DNA of 54,133 nucleotides, taken from the IMG/VR virus record IMGVR_UViG_3300010214_000002, positions 1 to 54,133 of that record; one strand, 5' to 3'. Below the pieces are notes generated by a model, which made no database searches, was not told the DNA's origin, and saw only the letters and a program-made list of their open reading frames with translations. Position 1 is the stretch's first letter, and every line of letters starts with the position of its first letter. Below are positions 16,773 through 25,543 of the stretch, piece by piece. Origin of the DNA: a virus (Duplodnaviria; Caudoviricetes). The translations under genes and the position numbers were made by a program.

Positions 16773-17211
16773 GATCGGCCTGAGCTGTTGCTTCCGCCAG
16801 CACCGGGCGGACTCGCATTGCCGTCTTCTGCACGGCTATGCGCTCTCGTTCAAGTTCACCTTCTGCGCAGAGGACGATGATCTGGACGTGCGCAATTGGG
16901 TTGTAGACTTCGGCGGCCTCAAGTCGTTGAAGGCCATGCTGGAAGACACGTTTGATCATACGCTGCTGGTGGCAGATGATGACCCAAAGCGCGAGGCGCT
17001 GCTTGAGCTTGGCAAGCTAGGCTTGGCCCGTGTAATCTGCGTGCCTGCCACTGGATGCGAAGCTGCTGCGCGCATGGTCTTCAGCTGCACGAAGCAGTGG
17101 CTGCGCGACGCGGGCTACGCTGGCCGGGTTTGGCTCGAGTCCGTGGAAGTGGCGGAGCACGGAGCTAATTCTGCAATCTACCAAAACAACGACGCGCACC
17201 CCTACAGGTAA
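16741..17211 (+). CDS. queD: 6-carboxy-5,6,7,8-tetrahydropterin synthase
   Basis: CRLLHGY, WVVDFGGLK, FDHTLL, C-terminal VEVAEHGANSA. Confidence 0.93.
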   Translation: MYKSTKRYGHEIGLSCCFRQHRADSHCRLLHGYALSFKFTFCAEDDDLDVRNWVVDFGGLKSLKAMLEDTFDHTLLVADDDPKREALLELGKLGLARVICVPATGCEAAARMVFSCTKQWLRDAGYAGRVWLESVEVAEHGANSAIYQNNDAHPYR

Positions 17212-17214
17212 TTC

Positions 17215-17817
17215 ATGTACAAAGATCACACAGACGAACACGTCCACACCGCTACGGTAAAGGTGACGCCCATGCGCGCCGTCGAGGCTGTGCGTACCAT
17301 CCTGGACTACATCGACCCGGACCCCATGCGCGCAGGCATTGCCGAAACGCCGCAACGTGTGGTTAAAGCCTTCGGTGAATGGTTCAAGGGCTACGAGCAA
17401 AATCCAGCCACAATCTTGAAGGTGTTCGAGGACGGGGCGGAGGGCGTTGATGAAATGGTGTTGGTTGGCCCCATTCCGTTCTACTCGCACTGCGAACACC
17501 ACATGGCCCCGTTCTTCGGCGAGGCGTGGGTTGGCTACATCCCCAACGGCAAGATTGTCGGCCTGAGCAAGCTGGCCCGGCTGGTGGACTGCTTTGCGAA
17601 ACGCCTGCAAGTGCAGGAGCGCATCACTGTTCAGGTGGCCGACGCACTCGTCGAACACTTGCAGCCAAAAGGCGTTGGCGTCGTGCTGAAGGCTCGGCAC
17701 ATGTGCATGGAGTCGCGCGGCGTGTGCAAGGCTGGCAGCCACACCACCAGCTCCGCCCTCCGTGGTGTGATGAAAGATGCAGCACCCCGTGCCGAGTTCA
17801 TGTCGTTCGTACGATGA
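17215..17817 (+). CDS. folE: GTP cyclohydrolase I
   Basis: ETPQRV, SHCEHHMAPF, GLSKLAR, RLQVQERIT, HMCMESRG. Confidence 0.95.
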   Translation: MYKDHTDEHVHTATVKVTPMRAVEAVRTILDYIDPDPMRAGIAETPQRVVKAFGEWFKGYEQNPATILKVFEDGAEGVDEMVLVGPIPFYSHCEHHMAPFFGEAWVGYIPNGKIVGLSKLARLVDCFAKRLQVQERITVQVADALVEHLQPKGVGVVLKARHMCMESRGVCKAGSHTTSSALRGVMKDAAPRAEFMSFVR

Positions 17818-18713
17818 AGCTATACCTCGCAGCCCTCTACACGAACAACCTTCGCAAAGGCTCTACAGCTTATGAGAAGTGTTCACCCCGTGAACAGAAG
17901 GCTCGCGACGACGTGCGTTACTTGCTGGATTCGTATCACTACATCCACAAGCAAACGCACGTCGACCGCATCCGGCAAGACGGGGCTAAGGTGTTCCTTG
18001 ACTCGGGCGCGTTCTCTGCGCACACGATGGGCGTGTCTATCGACTTGCCGGAGTATTGCGAGTACATCAAGCGTAACGCTGACATCATTGAAGTGGCGTC
18101 GGTACTGGACGGCATTGGTGATCCGCTCAAGACATACCAGAACCAAAAGGCCATGGAACGACTCGGCGCTAATGCGCTGCCATGCTTCCACTATGGGGAG
18201 GACGAACGCTATCTGGACTACTACATCGAGAACTACAAGCACATGACGCTCGGCGGTATGGTGATGGTTTCAACAGACCAGCTAAAGCTCTGGCTTGACC
18301 GTATCTGGGAGCGTCACTTGTGCAACCCGGACGGCACGGCCAAGATCAAAGTGCATGGGTTTGGTTTGACCACACTGTCGCTCATGGTGCGTTACCCGTG
18401 GTACTCGGTCGACTCGTCGTCGTGGGTTCAGATGGCCGGTAACGGAACGATCTTGCTGCCCGGCAACCGCGCGCTATCGGTCAGTGAGAAGAGCCCGCAA
18501 CGCAAGGTGGCCGGGCAACACATCGACACGATTACACCGCTGCAACGTAAGCGTGTCTGCGAGATGATTGAAGAAGAAGGCTTTGACATTCACCGGCTGC
18601 AAACCGAGTACGTCGCGCGCTGGGCGTACAACTGCCATGCCTTCACCCGCCTCAACAAAGAGATTGAAAGCAAACCCCCGGTCTTTGTGCCGGATCAAAT
18701 AGGACTGTTCTAA
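17814..18713 (+). CDS. dpdA: DNA 7-deazaguanine transglycosylase (TGT-like)
   Basis: FLDSGAFS, VLDGIGD, PCFHYGE, LGGMV, KVHGFG, SVDSSSW motifs; ATGA-coupled to folE. Confidence 0.85.
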   Translation: MKLYLAALYTNNLRKGSTAYEKCSPREQKARDDVRYLLDSYHYIHKQTHVDRIRQDGAKVFLDSGAFSAHTMGVSIDLPEYCEYIKRNADIIEVASVLDGIGDPLKTYQNQKAMERLGANALPCFHYGEDERYLDYYIENYKHMTLGGMVMVSTDQLKLWLDRIWERHLCNPDGTAKIKVHGFGLTTLSLMVRYPWYSVDSSSWVQMAGNGTILLPGNRALSVSEKSPQRKVAGQHIDTITPLQRKRVCEMIEEEGFDIHRLQTEYVARWAYNCHAFTRLNKEIESKPPVFVPDQIGLF

Positions 18714-18714
18714 C

Positions 18715-18930
18715 ATGGCCCATCATCAAGCGATCACGATTGCGCTGGCTATCACGGAAGTGCCCCCAGAAGAACGGCACGAACTGTACCACGAGGTGCA
18801 GAAGGAACTCGTGCGGCTGAACCAGAATTACCAAGCCAGTCTCTTCAACCTGATCGGCGTATGCGACAGTAAAAGCATTGAACCGCTGAACTTGCTGGTG
18901 GCTGCACTGAGGGGAGCTATCCGTGCTTGA
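18715..18930 (+). CDS. Hypothetical protein
   Basis: Fills the gap between dpdA and the clamp gene; overlaps the clamp start. Confidence 0.55.
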   Translation: MAHHQAITIALAITEVPPEERHELYHEVQKELVRLNQNYQASLFNLIGVCDSKSIEPLNLLVAALRGAIRA

Positions 18931-19894
18931 CGCTCTCAAGTTCGTTAAAGGCGCAGTTGCCAAGAAAGACTTCGCGCCGGAGCTCATCCACTACCGGATC
19001 AAGGATGGGCGGGCGCTGGGGTACAACGGCAAGCTCGCAATCAGCAGCCCCATCGACTGCCAGCTCGACGTCACACCTAAGGCTGTTCCGTTCTTCCGGG
19101 CCATTGAGCAGTGTAACGACGTCATTGCAATGAACATGACTGCGGCTGGCAAGTTGTCTGTGCGCAGCGGCAAGTCCAAGTTCTATGTTGAGTGCTTGGA
19201 AAACGGGGCCTACCCGCCCATAACGCCCGAGGGGGCTACCTACCCCCTAGCCCCGGGCCTTTATGCGCGCCTAGCGCTGATTCGGCCGTTTGTTGCGGCG
19301 GATGCAAGCCGTCCGTGGGCGCAGGGCGTGCTACTCCGGGGCAACACAGCCACGGCAACGAACAACATCATTATTGTTCAGCACTGGGACAAGGTGGCGT
19401 TCCCCGCAGAAGTGAACATCCCGGAGCCTTGCGTTGCAGCGATGTGCGCCGTCAAGCAAGACCCGGTATCAATGCAGCTTGCAGCGAACAGCGTGACGTT
19501 CCACTACGAAGACGGTCGCTGGATACGCTGCCAGCTCTACACGCCGGACATCGGCACGTGGCCTGACATTGAAGCGTTGTTCACCAAGGCCAAGGCAATC
19601 GGCAAGCCTGCCGTAGACATACCCGAAGGGTTCTGGGACGGGCTTGAAGCTATCAAGCACCACACAGACGACCTGAACCGTGTGTACTTCCGGGACGGCC
19701 ATCTCGCCACCAGCCCGGAAGACGGCATCGGCAGTTCCTACGAGTGCGATGTGCCAACGGGAGGCATCTTCAACCTTGAAATGCTTGCCTCGCTGAAAGG
19801 CATCGCCGAGAAGGCAGACTTCACGCCTGCGCCGCAGCCGTGCATGTTCTTCGGTGGCATGCTGCGCGGGATTATCGTTGGCTTGAGGATCTAA
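18923..19894 (+). CDS. DNA polymerase sliding clamp (beta-subunit-like)
   Basis: MLDALKFVKGAVAKKD...ATNN...WPD...FFGGMLRGIIVG; size and context next to the DNA polymerase. Confidence 0.75.
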   Translation: MLDALKFVKGAVAKKDFAPELIHYRIKDGRALGYNGKLAISSPIDCQLDVTPKAVPFFRAIEQCNDVIAMNMTAAGKLSVRSGKSKFYVECLENGAYPPITPEGATYPLAPGLYARLALIRPFVAADASRPWAQGVLLRGNTATATNNIIIVQHWDKVAFPAEVNIPEPCVAAMCAVKQDPVSMQLAANSVTFHYEDGRWIRCQLYTPDIGTWPDIEALFTKAKAIGKPAVDIPEGFWDGLEAIKHHTDDLNRVYFRDGHLATSPEDGIGSSYECDVPTGGIFNLEMLASLKGIAEKADFTPAPQPCMFFGGMLRGIIVGLRI

Positions 19895-19896
19895 AC

Positions 19897-20109
19897 ATGT
19901 ACCATATCACTTCCGTCATGATGGTATGGGCGCACTACGTCGACCCAAATGGCACGCCCATACAGAACCCGTCTGGTCTGACAAGCCAGCATCACGCGTG
20001 CAAGACCATACAGGATCGCGAACTCATCCGTCACAATTACGTAAAGACGGCTGAACGCATGGGGCTTTTATACGATTTCGTTGAGTGGGAAGATGACGAG
20101 CCACGTTAA
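19897..20109 (+). CDS. Hypothetical protein
   Basis: GAGGA RBS; tight packing. Confidence 0.6.
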   Translation: MYHITSVMMVWAHYVDPNGTPIQNPSGLTSQHHACKTIQDRELIRHNYVKTAERMGLLYDFVEWEDDEPR

Positions 20110-20458
20110 GCCTGAACGCATCCTTGTCTGTGGCGGGCGTAAGAACCACGACAAGTATCGCGTAGAGAAGACGCTGAACTCGCTGCTGCCGTTCTTTGCG
20201 GCGCGGTTTGTCATCATACAGGGCGGGGCTCCGGGTATCGACAGCCTTGCGGAAGATTGGGCGCTGTCTCGTGGCTATGCTTGCATCACAATGAACGCGC
20301 CGTGGCGCAAGCACCCGGCAGCCGCAGGCCCTATTCGCAATGGGTGGATGCTTGACTGGTGTACGCCTCAATTGGTGGTGGCGTTCCCGGGCGGCTCGGG
20401 TACAGAACACATGAAGCGCATTGCGCGGGAAGCGGGGATTCCGGTCTATGAGGGCTGA
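20093..20458 (+). CDS. SLOG superfamily (YspA/DUF2493-like) protein
   Basis: RILVCGGR...IIQGGAPGIDSLA...AAGPIRNGWML...VVAFPGGSGT. Confidence 0.85.
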   Translation: MTSHVKPERILVCGGRKNHDKYRVEKTLNSLLPFFAARFVIIQGGAPGIDSLAEDWALSRGYACITMNAPWRKHPAAAGPIRNGWMLDWCTPQLVVAFPGGSGTEHMKRIAREAGIPVYEG

Positions 20459-22526
20459 CGCGGTTGGCATGTTCTGGGAAGACCTCCCAGCGGTGCGGGT
20501 CAAGAAAGAAAAGATCAAGCCGGTGCCACCCGACCCCGTGTGGCTAAAGCCGGACTATCTACCGCATCTGGACAAGGCGCGGGCGTTCGTGCGCAACATT
20601 CAACAGATCACGCTAACCCCTGCCGAGCTGCGGCAGTACAAGGGTAGCAAGATGATCTTTGACTGCGAATCATACCCGAACTATTTTCTCGCAGCGTTCA
20701 AGCACCTCGACACCGGCAAGGTTATCTACTTCCACGCGCAGCGCGGGCAAAAGCTCGACGCTGCTGGCCTGCTTTGGGTTCTTCAAAACTTCTGCATCGT
20801 TGGCTTTAACATCCGGAACTATGACTTCCCCGTGTGCGCCGCCGCCGCTGTAGGGAAGTCGACGGACGTTATCTTCTTCATGGGCCACCGCATCATTAAG
20901 GACCGCGAGTCCCCGTACGAGGTGCTCAAGTCCATGAAGATTAAAGGCATCAAAGACATCGACTTCATCGACCTGATTGAAGTGTGCCCGTTGCAGGCCA
21001 GTTTGAAGATGTACGCTGGCAGGCTGCATTGCGAAGAGATGCAAGACTTGCCGTTTGAAGTCGGCACGGAGTTGTCGCCAGACCAACAGTGCATCGTGTT
21101 CTGGTACTGCTTCAACGACTTGAAGAACACGCAGCTAATTCACGATCGCCTACACCAAGAATTGAAGTTGCGGGTTGTGATGTCCGGCGACTACAAAGTC
21201 GACCTGCGTAGCAAAAGCAATGCGCAAATCGCAGAGGCTGTAATCCGCAGCGAGATCAAAGCCATTACCGGCAGGCCAATCGAAAAGCAAAAGGTAGAGC
21301 CCGGCAAAACGTTCAAGTTCAAGATGCCGGAGTACATGTTCACAGCTGAGTCTGCGAACCTGCGGTACGTGGTGCAGCGCGTCATGAACACGGAGTTCAA
21401 GGTTGGCGATGACGGCTACGTGTCCATGCCGGAAAGCCTCGAAGAATTCGACGTGCCGCTTGGCAATGTGATATGCGGCATGGGCTTGGGGGGCTTGCAC
21501 ACGCGAGAGAAGCGCGCCTTCCACTGGTCAACTAAGGACTACGTTCTTATCGACCGCGACGTGGAGTCGTACTACCCGCGCATTGCACTGAACCAAGGGC
21601 TTTATCCACACCACCTCACGCCTGCATTCCTCGCGGTGTTTGACCGCATCGTTAAGCGTCGCCTTGCAGCCAAGCACGCGGGCAATAAGATCGATGCGGC
21701 ATGCTTGAAGATTGTTATTAACGGAACGTTCGGCAAGCTCGGCAACCCGTTCTCAATCATGTATTCGCCGGAGCTGCTGATCCAGATTACGTTGACGGGC
21801 CAGCTTACCCTAATGCTGCTCATTGAACGTGCAGCCAAGGCGGGCTTCCGGATTGTCAGCGGCAACACAGACGGCGTGACTATTCTCTGCCCGCGCAACC
21901 GCAAGGACGAATACGACGCCATCATCGCCAAGTGGGAAGCGGACACGCAGTTCGTTACCGAAGAGACGCAGTACGCGGCCTTGTTTGCGAAAGACGTGAA
22001 TAACTACTATGCAGCCAAGTACGAATACGACAAGGGCCTGAAGCGCTGGACCAACAAGGTCAAAGACGTGAAGACGAAAGGCATCTACGCAAACCCTTGG
22101 ACCGATCCGGACGACGTTGTGTCGCAGATGAAGAAGAACCCAACGACGAGCATTTGCAGCGAGGCCGTGTGCAACTTGTTCAGCAAGGGTTGGCCCGTTG
22201 AGAAGACTATCCGGGAGGCCCGGGATATGTCCAAGTTCGTCAGCGTGCGTAAAGTATCGGGTGGCGCGTATCGGGATGGACAATACTTTGGCGAGACCGT
22301 TCGTTGGTACTATGCCAAAGGTGTGAAGGGTTCAATCATCAACGCCACCAGCGGCAACCGAGTTCCTAAGAGCGAAGGGGCTATGCCGTTCATGGACTTC
22401 AATGGGGAGTTTCCAGACGACGTCGACTACGAGTGGTACGAGCGCGAGGCGCATCGCATCCTCCAAGATATCGGTTACGAGAACAAAGAGAAGAAGTCTT
22501 CTAAACGTTCGTTGCAAGGGGCTTAA
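20448..22526 (+). CDS. Family B DNA polymerase with 3'-5' exonuclease domain
   Basis: Exo FDCE, GFN..YD, YCFND; polymerase DVESYYP, KIVINGTFGK, SGNTDG, VNNY. Confidence 0.92.
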   Translation: MRADAVGMFWEDLPAVRVKKEKIKPVPPDPVWLKPDYLPHLDKARAFVRNIQQITLTPAELRQYKGSKMIFDCESYPNYFLAAFKHLDTGKVIYFHAQRGQKLDAAGLLWVLQNFCIVGFNIRNYDFPVCAAAAVGKSTDVIFFMGHRIIKDRESPYEVLKSMKIKGIKDIDFIDLIEVCPLQASLKMYAGRLHCEEMQDLPFEVGTELSPDQQCIVFWYCFNDLKNTQLIHDRLHQELKLRVVMSGDYKVDLRSKSNAQIAEAVIRSEIKAITGRPIEKQKVEPGKTFKFKMPEYMFTAESANLRYVVQRVMNTEFKVGDDGYVSMPESLEEFDVPLGNVICGMGLGGLHTREKRAFHWSTKDYVLIDRDVESYYPRIALNQGLYPHHLTPAFLAVFDRIVKRRLAAKHAGNKIDAACLKIVINGTFGKLGNPFSIMYSPELLIQITLTGQLTLMLLIERAAKAGFRIVSGNTDGVTILCPRNRKDEYDAIIAKWEADTQFVTEETQYAALFAKDVNNYYAAKYEYDKGLKRWTNKVKDVKTKGIYANPWTDPDDVVSQMKKNPTTSICSEAVCNLFSKGWPVEKTIREARDMSKFVSVRKVSGGAYRDGQYFGETVRWYYAKGVKGSIINATSGNRVPKSEGAMPFMDFNGEFPDDVDYEWYEREAHRILQDIGYENKEKKSSKRSLQGA

Positions 22527-22540
22527 ACCCCATATACATT
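22499..22540 (+). promoter_or_regulatory. Sigma70-like promoter with variant upstream motif
   Basis: TTCTAAACGTTCG-TTGCAA-N17-TACATT. Confidence 0.5.
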
Positions 22541-22576
22541 GGAGTCACTCGCACACCACTACAGGTGATAAACAAA

Positions 22577-22762
22577 ATGGCAATTGATAAAGCAGGGCTT
22601 GCGCTCGCAGCTCTAATCATCGTCGGCTGGATGGCCCCGAAACTCTGGCAGTCCACCGGCATCAATCCGCCCCGCACCCGCAGTGATGTGATCATGGTTG
22701 TTTGTGCATGGGTCGCCCTGTTCGGCGCTCTTGCATCCTGCGTATGGGGGATCTTGAAATGA
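22577..22762 (+). CDS. Small membrane protein (2 TM)
   Basis: Two hydrophobic stretches; ATGA coupling to the next ORF. Confidence 0.6.
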   Translation: MAIDKAGLALAALIIVGWMAPKLWQSTGINPPRTRSDVIMVVCAWVALFGALASCVWGILK

Positions 22763-22851
22763 ACAAGTTCGAACTCGCCCTCTGGGCAGTCAGCGCGGCC
22801 CTTGGCTTGGCGCTGCTCGTTGAGCACGTCTTCTACATGAAGAAGCAGTAA
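22759..22851 (+). CDS. Small single-TM peptide (30 aa)
   Basis: Not in ORF track; MNKFELALWAVSAALGLALLVEHVFYMKKQ. Confidence 0.45.
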   Translation: MNKFELALWAVSAALGLALLVEHVFYMKKQ

Positions 22852-22900
22852 AACGCCGCGCCCGGTCGGGGACCACCGGGTTCACATGAGGAGTATCACA

Positions 22901-23707
22901 ATGAAGAAGAGCTTTACTCGTTTCAGCGCGCTGGTCGTGGCTGGCTTGATGATGTCCGTGACTGCCCACGCTGGCGTGATTGGTGGCGACAATACGTACA
23001 ACTCGGGCGGTGCCGGTGGCACGGGCCTCGGCGTTGGCGTGGGTGTGGGGGTTGGCATCGGCCAAGGCGGCAACGCGGTACAGGGCCAGCAGCAAGGCCA
23101 GCAACAGGGCCAAATCGCCATCGGCCAAGGCGGGCAGGGTGGCAAGGGCGGCAATGCCACGGGCGGCAATGCGTCGTCCGGCGCAAGCGCGACCAGCGGT
23201 GCCAACGGCAACTCGTCGTTCAATACGAACTCGAATGCAACCACCTCGGCCGCGCAAGGCAACTCCATCTCGATCACCGGCAGCAGCCCGGGCGCACAGA
23301 CGGCCTACGCGCCGAACATCTACCCGACGGCTCCGTGCATGGGCTCTACGTCGGCCGGGGGCCAAGGCTCGTTCTTCGGGTTCACCGTCGGTACGTCCTG
23401 GACGGATACGGACTGCTCGCTGCGTGAGGATGTGCGTACCGTGTCGCAGGTGCTTGGCGATCAGGATACCGCCCGCGAAATGTTCTGCCAGAAGAACGCT
23501 GCCTACCGTGCGGCACGCGAAGCCAAGGGCCAACCCTGCGGTGCGAAGAAGACTGTGAGCGCTGCCGATGGTCCGCAAGTGATCCGCGCTGCCGTGGACA
23601 CCAGCTACAGCGGCACGCGTCAGGACCGTGTGGTCAATGCACTGGCCCGTGGCGAGATCATTGACGACCTCGCTCGCAGCCGGATCGGCTTGCCGCCGCT
23701 GAACTAA
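22901..23707 (+). CDS. Secreted Gly/Gln/Asn/Ser-rich protein with Cys-containing C-terminal domain
   Basis: GAGGAG RBS; Sec signal peptide ending TAHA; low-complexity region; four Cys in the C-terminal domain. Confidence 0.8.
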   Translation: MKKSFTRFSALVVAGLMMSVTAHAGVIGGDNTYNSGGAGGTGLGVGVGVGVGIGQGGNAVQGQQQGQQQGQIAIGQGGQGGKGGNATGGNASSGASATSGANGNSSFNTNSNATTSAAQGNSISITGSSPGAQTAYAPNIYPTAPCMGSTSAGGQGSFFGFTVGTSWTDTDCSLREDVRTVSQVLGDQDTAREMFCQKNAAYRAAREAKGQPCGAKKTVSAADGPQVIRAAVDTSYSGTRQDRVVNALARGEIIDDLARSRIGLPPLN

Positions 23708-23727
23708 ACGAGCCTGCTGTTCTGTCA

Positions 23728-23760
23728 AGCCCCGGGTGATCACGTTACCCGGGGCTGTTG
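23728..23760 (+). terminator. Stem-loop, probable terminator
   Basis: AGCCCCGGGTGA-TCACG-TTACCCGGGGCT; weak U tract. Confidence 0.6.
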
Positions 23761-23772
23761 CGTTAATGGCAC

Positions 23773-23813
23773 ATCTAAAATCTCCTTGAATCCCCGCGCA
23801 GAGAGTAGATAAT
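23773..23813 (+). promoter_or_regulatory. Sigma70-like promoter with conserved upstream motif
   Basis: ATCTAAAATCTCC-TTGAAT-N16-GATAAT. Confidence 0.6.
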
Positions 23814-23844
23814 AGCTACATACACCAACGCAACGGAGCACACC

Positions 23845-23985
23845 ATGGACCAATTCGACTACCGCGACGACTTTGTGAACGGCATGATCACCGGCGAATA
23901 TTCGCGCGAGTACGTGCAGGCTTGCGCCAAGCGTGGCCCGGTTGCTCAACGCGTTGGTGCCGCAACGGCCCTGCGTCAAATCTGA
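23845..23985 (+). CDS. Small hypothetical protein (46 aa)
   Basis: Not in ORF track; GGAG RBS; MDQFDYRDDFVNGMITGEYSREY... Confidence 0.6.
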   Translation: MDQFDYRDDFVNGMITGEYSREYVQACAKRGPVAQRVGAATALRQI

Positions 23986-23999
23986 GAACGGAGCCCGCC

Positions 24000-24191
24000 A
24001 TGCAAACGATCAAATACGGCATCGGCCTTGATATGCAATGCAACCGAGTTGTTACAAAGGTCCGCATTGTTGAACAATTCCCTACGAACGCAAGTGGCTA
24101 CGATTGCATAATCGCTACGGATGGCATCAAGATGTATGCCAAAGTGGCGGACTTTTACGATACGGCCGACGCCGCAAGAGCTGCACTTTGA
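24000..24191 (+). CDS. Hypothetical protein
   Basis: GGAG RBS; ATG 24000. Confidence 0.6.
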   Translation: MQTIKYGIGLDMQCNRVVTKVRIVEQFPTNASGYDCIIATDGIKMYAKVADFYDTADAARAAL

Positions 24192-24223
24192 TTTACCCAC
24201 ACGCTCACCTATAGGAGCCCCCC

Positions 24224-24493
24224 ATGCCACGCCACAAATCCATGCTTCGCTTGGTCGAAGCTGCCAAGCCAGTTCACAACTGGGAAGACACGCCCCAGCG
24301 CAAACTCACGCGTGAACGCAACTGGTGCCGCTACGTGCTGGCAGGGTTCGAAGCCCTCGCCCATAGCACGCTGCGCCCGTTCATGTCGCGCGTCACGTTC
24401 GACAACTTGACCCGCGCGATCGCCAGCGCCCGATACGCAGTCGACGCGGGCTATTACGATCGCCTGGACCGCCTCAACAGGAGCCGCAAGTGA
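24224..24493 (+). CDS. Hypothetical protein
   Basis: AGGAG RBS. Confidence 0.65.
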   Translation: MPRHKSMLRLVEAAKPVHNWEDTPQRKLTRERNWCRYVLAGFEALAHSTLRPFMSRVTFDNLTRAIASARYAVDAGYYDRLDRLNRSRK

Positions 24494-24639
24494 ATCCGAT
24501 CTATTACAACGTGGTGAGCAGCAAGCTCGGCAAGCGGCTGTTCGTCGGCATCCGCAAGGACTGCGAAACCTTCATTGCCACCCATAGCCTCCGCGTCCTG
24601 CTGGTGCGCGAAGAAACCCTCACCATTATTGTGGAGTAA
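24490..24639 (+). CDS. Small hypothetical protein (49 aa)
   Basis: Not in ORF track; GTGA coupling; MNPIYYNVVSSKLGKRLFVG... Confidence 0.5.
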   Translation: MNPIYYNVVSSKLGKRLFVGIRKDCETFIATHSLRVLLVREETLTIIVE

Positions 24640-24642
24640 ATC

Positions 24643-25191
24643 ATGTACGCCCACGCCCAGTTCGATGCAATCTGGGCGGAGGCGTATCGTCGTTTGACGG
24701 TACGCATCTCCGCTGCCACCAGTGAACGCCGCAGGCTCGGGGCATGGCATCACCGCCACGCCATGCAGATCAACTATCACTTCTTGCGTAACAAGTGGGA
24801 GACCGCGCGCGAGGATGTCTTGATCTGCAAGTGCTGCGGCAAGATAGCCTCCTGCTGCTACGTCGAGCCCACGCGCCAGCAGATGGTTGACGCACAGCTC
24901 TGCTTCGCATGCAACCACTGGACGCAGTTCGCAAACGCCCGGGTTGCGGTGAACCGCCTAATCATTGATGGCGAGGTCTACACGCACGCGGAACGCATGC
25001 CGCCCGGTACGCCGTTCCTTGGGCACGGGGGCCGTGAGTTCCATTGGAAGATGATCGGCGACCCTGACGAGCACGTCTTCTCAACGAACAACATGTGGAG
25101 CGGTGGAACTATCCCGGAGGAGTTCCGCGCCATGTGCCCAGATAACGCAGTCCTCGTCGAAGGGTTTCACGCACCCTACATAACGCCATGA
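24643..25191 (+). CDS. Hypothetical protein with CxxC pairs
   Basis: GGAG RBS; CKCC...CFAC; FLGHGGREF...TNNMWSGGTIP...PDNA. Confidence 0.7.
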   Translation: MYAHAQFDAIWAEAYRRLTVRISAATSERRRLGAWHHRHAMQINYHFLRNKWETAREDVLICKCCGKIASCCYVEPTRQQMVDAQLCFACNHWTQFANARVAVNRLIIDGEVYTHAERMPPGTPFLGHGGREFHWKMIGDPDEHVFSTNNMWSGGTIPEEFRAMCPDNAVLVEGFHAPYITP

Positions 25192-25358
25192 ACAAAGTAA
25201 GCCCAGACCCAACAAAGCCGTGGTGGCTGAAGTACAAGCTCGGCAATAAGTTTATCGTGAAGTATTACTCCACCCAAGCCGAGCGGGATCGGTACGCGGA
25301 CTTTCTTGTCGCAACCGGCAACTCGCGGGGCGTAACTACAGGAAAGAACGTACCGTGA
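25188..25358 (+). CDS. Small hypothetical protein (56 aa)
   Basis: Not in ORF track; coupled at both ends (ATGA, GTGA). Confidence 0.55.
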   Translation: MNKVSPDPTKPWWLKYKLGNKFIVKYYSTQAERDRYADFLVATGNSRGVTTGKNVP

Positions 25359-25543
25359 ATATCATTCAACGGGAGCACGTCGATTACCAACCGGCACCGG
25401 ACCGGGACCACAACTGCGAAGCGTGTGGGCAAACTCCGGTCTTCCAGCTCGCCAATGAAAAGGGCGTGCCTGTCTACAACTCTGGCATCTGCGGCGCGTG
25501 CTATTTCGGCACGGGCGAGATGCTCCACCCGGAGAACTGGTGA
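25355..25543 (+). CDS. Small Zn-finger-like protein
   Basis: CEAC...CGAC; TGATG coupling. Confidence 0.65.
   Translation: MNIIQREHVDYQPAPDRDHNCEACGQTPVFQLANEKGVPVYNSGICGACYFGTGEMLHPENW

Noticed and set aside
17526-17813. N-terminal extension of DpdA in the ORF track (395 aa)
   Set aside because: It overlaps folE out of frame; the ATGA-coupled start at 17814 gives a typical MKLYLA N-terminus
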